A stretch of 64,000 nt of DNA, from the NCBI GenBank assembly GCA_963778995.1, contig CAVZWK010000020.1, forward strand, positions 431,570 to 495,569. The letters run 5' to 3'. Shown piece after piece: positions 59,746 through 64,000 of the stretch. Under the pieces are notes generated by a model. That model was given only the letters and a program-made list of their open reading frames with translations, was not told where the DNA came from and made no database searches. A program made the translations under genes and the position numbers. The DNA is from Terriglobia bacterium (GTDB taxonomy: Bacteria > Acidobacteriota > Terriglobia > Terriglobales > Acidobacteriaceae). Within the stretch, counting starts at the first letter, position 1; each line of letters begins with the position of its first letter.

Positions 59746-62700
59746 TCAGCGCGACGTCTGGCTCTTCGAATCGCTGCCGGACGTTGCCGTAACCACGATG
59801 TGTAAGTCCCGGGTGGCGTTCCGCTGGCCGGAGTCTGCGTCTTGCTATGACTGCAGGCCGGCATGAACAGCACCAGCGACAAAAGGACACAGAGCATCAG
59901 CATCCCTGCAGCCCGCCTCCGGCGACTTCCGCCTCCCATTCCGCACACCAAGAACAGGCCGGGGACAATCAACCCGACCGCATACAGCATCCGCGGAAAA
60001 CTCGCGGCTCCGTCGTAACCGGCCGGGGCGTCGTAGTGACCGTCATAGTCGATGTCGATCCACTGGTGCCCTGCATGGTGACGCTCGAGGGATTGAAAGT
60101 GCACGAAGAGTTTGCCGGTTGTCCCGAACACGATAGCGTGATGCCCGGCGTGTATAAGCGGAGTCGGCGTCAGTACTACCTGGTAAAAGGCCGGATCCCC
60201 CGCCGCCAGCGATACTCTGATCGCTTGGTCCGACCTTCATCGTGTAGTCCGACATAGTCGCCGGTACAGAGGTCTGGGCAAATACGATGTTGCCTTGCCC
60301 GATCACCTGCACCGTTCCGCCGTTGAATGTAGATTGCCCTCCACTGCTGCTGCCGGTCGGCGTGACTACGATCGTTACCGTTGCCGTTGAACCAGACTGC
60401 AACTGTGCGAGACTGCAACTCACTACCGAACCGGTTGACACGCCACCGCAGGTCCCAGAGGTCGTACTGGCCGAAACAAATGTCAACGGAACCTGCGTGA
60501 CGGTAGAACTCAAATTGTCTTGCAGCGTGATGCCGCTCGCCAGGTCCGGTCCATTGTTCGTCACCGTATAGGTGAAGGTAGCTGGAGTGCCGGCCGGAAT
60601 GTAAGCCTGATTCGCGCCCAACGCAACCGTGCCCTGGACCGACAAGCTGACGGCTACTCCCAGTTCCGTTACGAAGGCATCGTACCCTCCGCTATTCGCG
60701 GCACCGGATGTCAAAGGTTTATTGACTTGCAGGTCGGTCGAATTGGTTTCACCGGCGATGTAGGTGTTCTGGTTCACGTCAAGCGCAACGCCCGTACCAG
60801 CATCGGTTCCCGTCCCGCCAAAGTAGTTCGCCCACGAAGCCGTTGCGGTCTGTCCAATTGATGCAGCGGTATTCAGTCGCGCAATGAAAGCATCCTGCGG
60901 CCCGTTCAGCGTCCCTTGAATCGAGTTGGGATTCGGAAACACCGGGAAAGTTCCAGCCGCTCCCGTATTGGGCGATTGCGTCCAACCGGTGACCAGGGCA
61001 CCCGACGCAGAGTCCACAGTGATGGCTGAGCCCGCTTCGTTATTCGCACCACCGACATAAGAGAAATAGCCTAAGGACACATTCGTTGCCGTGGTGCCTG
61101 ATTTATTCGTTGGATTGCTCACCCGTGCGACCCAGGCGTCGGTCGTTGTGCTCGTGCCGGTCGGACAAGTGACCGTGCCGCTAAGAGGTGTGAGCGGATT
61201 GTTGTTGATGCACTTCTGAAATGAAGCAATGCTGGCCAGCGTGCTTGGGACGACGAAATCCGAGGAGTTGGTCGTGCCTACCAGGAACACATTCGCCGCG
61301 CCCGTGTCCAGGGCTACCCCTGTGCTGGAATCATTGCCTGTCCCCCCAAGATACGTGGACCAAACCAATTGCTGTCCGGAAGATACATTCTGATTGAGGT
61401 TAAGTTTGGCGACAAATGCGTCAGACGCTGTCGTACTACTCGAGATCGTGCACGTCGGCGGATTCACTACAGTTGTGCTGGGTGGCTGATCGAGACAGGG
61501 CTGGTATGCATTCAGAACCGGAAAATCTGTCGTGCCGCAGCCTGCGCAACCCGTATAGCTGAAGTTCGTCGTCCCACTGAAATACACGTTCCCGCTCGTA
61601 TCTACGGCGATGCCGCCTCCCACCGCAACCGGAGGATTGGTATTGGAAACGCCACCTCCGAAATAAGTCGAATAGGTGATGCTGCCCGTTCCCGTCGCGA
61701 CCGTATTTACCTTGGTCACGAAGAATTGCAACGATGACCGTGGAGTGGCTTGGAACGCCTGCATTTGCGGCAGCGTGCTCGCGGGGAACTGATCCGTCGA
61801 ACTGGCAACGTCTTGCGATGTTGTCGTGCCCGTCACGTACACGTTGCCTTGCGCGTCGATGGTCATCCCGCTCGCCGTGTCTGTTCCTGTCCCCGACAAG
61901 TACGTCGAATACGTCAGCACGGAAGCCGGCGCAGGACTCGGACCGCTGTTCAGTTCCGTCACAAATACGTGTGTGGTTCCGGTGCTCCCCGACTTCGGCA
62001 GGGTCTGATATGCGTTGGGCGTTACCGGGAAATTCGTGGACGACGTCGTGCCTGCAACGAAAGCATCTCCACGGCCATCTACTTTGATGCCGACCGGGCT
62101 ATCCGTCCCATTTCCGCCAAGGTAAGTGACGTAGCTCAGACGATGCCGCAATGGATCCGAGCGGCGGCGAGATCTTCGCGACGTAAACGTTCTGCGCCCC
62201 ATTTAGCGTCGTCTGAAACGTGCCAACCGCCGGCAGGTTCGGAGAAGTCGTCGAGCCTGCCAGATAAATGTTGAAGCTTCCGTCCACCGCTACGGAGGAC
62301 GAATGCTCATCTCCACTGCCGCCAAAGTAGGTCGAGAATGTAAGGATCGGATCGATCACCAACTCGCGCGACCTGTCATAAGCCCCAATCGCGAAACCTG
62401 CGCGGTTCGCTCCGCGCATCACAAAGTTGCCTTGCACAGTCCGCTTGCTTCCATCGATTTCCTGGTAAACCCGCGGAGCCTCCAGTCGAAGGTCCTCACC
62501 TCCGCTCTTGATCACAAGCGCGCCGTCTTCCACGCTAATGGCCTTTGCGCCATTAAACTCCAGTTCGGCCTGCCCCGGATCCGCTCCCGGCGCAACCTGA
62601 AAGTCATACTCCAGATGTCCCTGGTTCCCGTAGAAAACCAGATCGATTCCGGGATACACGCTTGCGTATCGAACTCGGGCAAACTGCGGCACTCCCGTGC

Positions 62701-63240
62701 GCCACTTCGCCGGATCATTGCCGATGAGATAGTTGCTTTTCCCGGCAGATGCTCGATCCCAACCGGACTCGCATTGGAATTGGCGCCGGCAAGCTTCATC
62801 TCAATCGAGTTGACCTGCAGTACCGACCTTTCGAACTGGCCTGATCTTTTCTGCGGATGCCGCTGTACCAGGCTCAGCGTTGCTCCCTCGCTGCCAAGAA
62901 AGAGGCTATAGCCGGCCCCTCGAGCCACGAACTTCGCCCGCGCATCGGCCGGATCCAGGTTTCCCTGGCCTTGATTTGGTTCGAAGATGATCGGAAGGCC
63001 CGCGAAAAGCGACCGCGCGTCGGGCAGTGCGGCCGCGCGCTCCTGGTTCGTGGAAACCCGCAAGAGCATCGCAGAGTCCGTCTGACCCAGCATGGGACTG
63101 GATGAAACTTTCGCAAGAGTATGGCCTGAGCGGGAACCCAGCCCGAGAACTGCGCATCCTGCCACCAGCAACACCAGCCCTGTAGCCAGAATACGGCCCC
63201 GTACTGCGGATCTTTCCCACCAACGGCGATCTACTTTCAC
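59746..63240 (-). CDS. Large secreted SBBP (beta-propeller) repeat-containing surface protein, about 1160 aa; frame broken several times
   Basis: Signal peptide at the N-terminus (GTG 63240, GGAGGAA RBS); N-terminal LPIIFEPNQGQ motif; repeated YSTYLGG.G.D...G.A.D..GN.Y..G.T.S.(D/N)FP blades; ORFs 62512..63240, 62099..62692 and 60043..62202 are collinear. Confidence 0.75.
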
Positions 63241-63935
63241 GCGTTCCTCCGATGAATCAGATCAGTTTTCTTTCGCCGAGTTCGTATCTCGCGATCGGTT
63301 GTGAGATGAGGAGTGGCGCAGAGAAAGCCCTCGCTCCGGCGCACTTCCGAGGCGAGCCTCGCCCGCAGCTTGCTGGTCACTGGAACTGGCGGAAAAATTA
63401 AATAACTACTTAAACATCTGAAGGATAGGCAAGTCAAGCCGACCCTACCCCCTACCGCCGCCCAGGAGACTTACAGACGCACCGCTCCCCTATCTGCCCG
63501 CTCCAAGATTCGTCAGATGCGTCCCATTCTGTCGAAAGATGCCGATGCGTATGAATAAAACTGCACGGTTGTCGACATTGGCGCCTGATGACACAGTCTT
63601 GGCGAAGTTCTGCAATGAGTTGCAGCAGTCGCGCGCTCGCGACCGCGCATTCTCCGCAAACGACTGAACTGAAGGAGCCAGTTTTCTCGGAAGAGCGATC
63701 GCTGTGGTCACGGGATTGCTCTACTCTCTTTGAGCCCTTCCCAACCCCTTCTCCCTCATGCTTTAGCCATTTCGAAATTTCGAACAGATTACCGAATCAG
63801 TTCCAGTTTGCAGTTTGCTGTTGCAAACTCTCCCCGATTGGATAGATTGAGGGCTGTACGACGTTGTCGTCTCTCGGGAATCTGGCTGTCCGCTATGCTC
63901 GCATTTCGTTGGACTTTCCGTTGTCGGGACGACCA

Positions 63936-64000
63936 TGCAACCGAACGCACAAGAACGGCGAATGATGCGGCGCTTCGATATGCGCCTGCCGGCCATTGTC
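63936..64000 (+). CDS. Possible 5' end of a gene running off the window (MQPNAQERRMMRRFDMRLPAIV, PilZ-like RxxxR start?)
   Basis: ATG at 63936 with an open frame to the window end; very short. Confidence 0.15.

Noticed and set aside
59712-60131. 139-aa minus-strand ORF with hydrophobic segments
   Set aside because: Wrong-frame piece within the frame-broken C-terminal region of the SBBP repeat protein; the neighbouring frame gives the expected ...TPPGTYTIVVTATSGS... C-terminus ending at 59746

Overview
GC-rich (~60%) chromosomal segment, gene-dense on both strands. Gene content (SBBP beta-propeller repeat surface protein, DUF1501/DUF1800 pair, futalosine-pathway menaquinone genes, many Ser/Thr/Gly-rich secreted proteins) suggests an Acidobacteriota-like soil bacterium; this is inferred from content and cannot be verified here. 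Content: housekeeping genes (topA, dprA, rarA, prfB, lnt, lpxD, DEAD-box helicase, nuoB-like); cofactor/sulfur metabolism (mqnA, mqnD, bioY, bifunctional sat-cysC, tauE, cysQ, PPTase); a large membrane-stress locus (XRE regulator, NfeD, DUF1648, flotillin, small TM proteins, PspA); a vapBC toxin-antitoxin pair flanked by tandem paralogous lipoproteins; an ATPase-less HlyD/FtsX/DUF4097/FtsX efflux-like operon; a sigma54 regulatory cluster (PspF-type activator, PilZ, histidine kinase, NtrC-type regulator); a GAF/HD-GYP c-di-GMP phosphodiesterase; and a >1100-aa SBBP-repeat surface protein. No rRNA, tRNA, CRISPR array, transposase or integrase was seen. Main caveat: at least 12 conserved genes, including essential prfB, carry 1-nt frame breaks beyond the genuine programmed +1 frameshift of prfB. 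This most likely reflects indel errors in the assembly rather than gene decay, so many ORF-track fragments are pieces of single genes and have been re-joined below.
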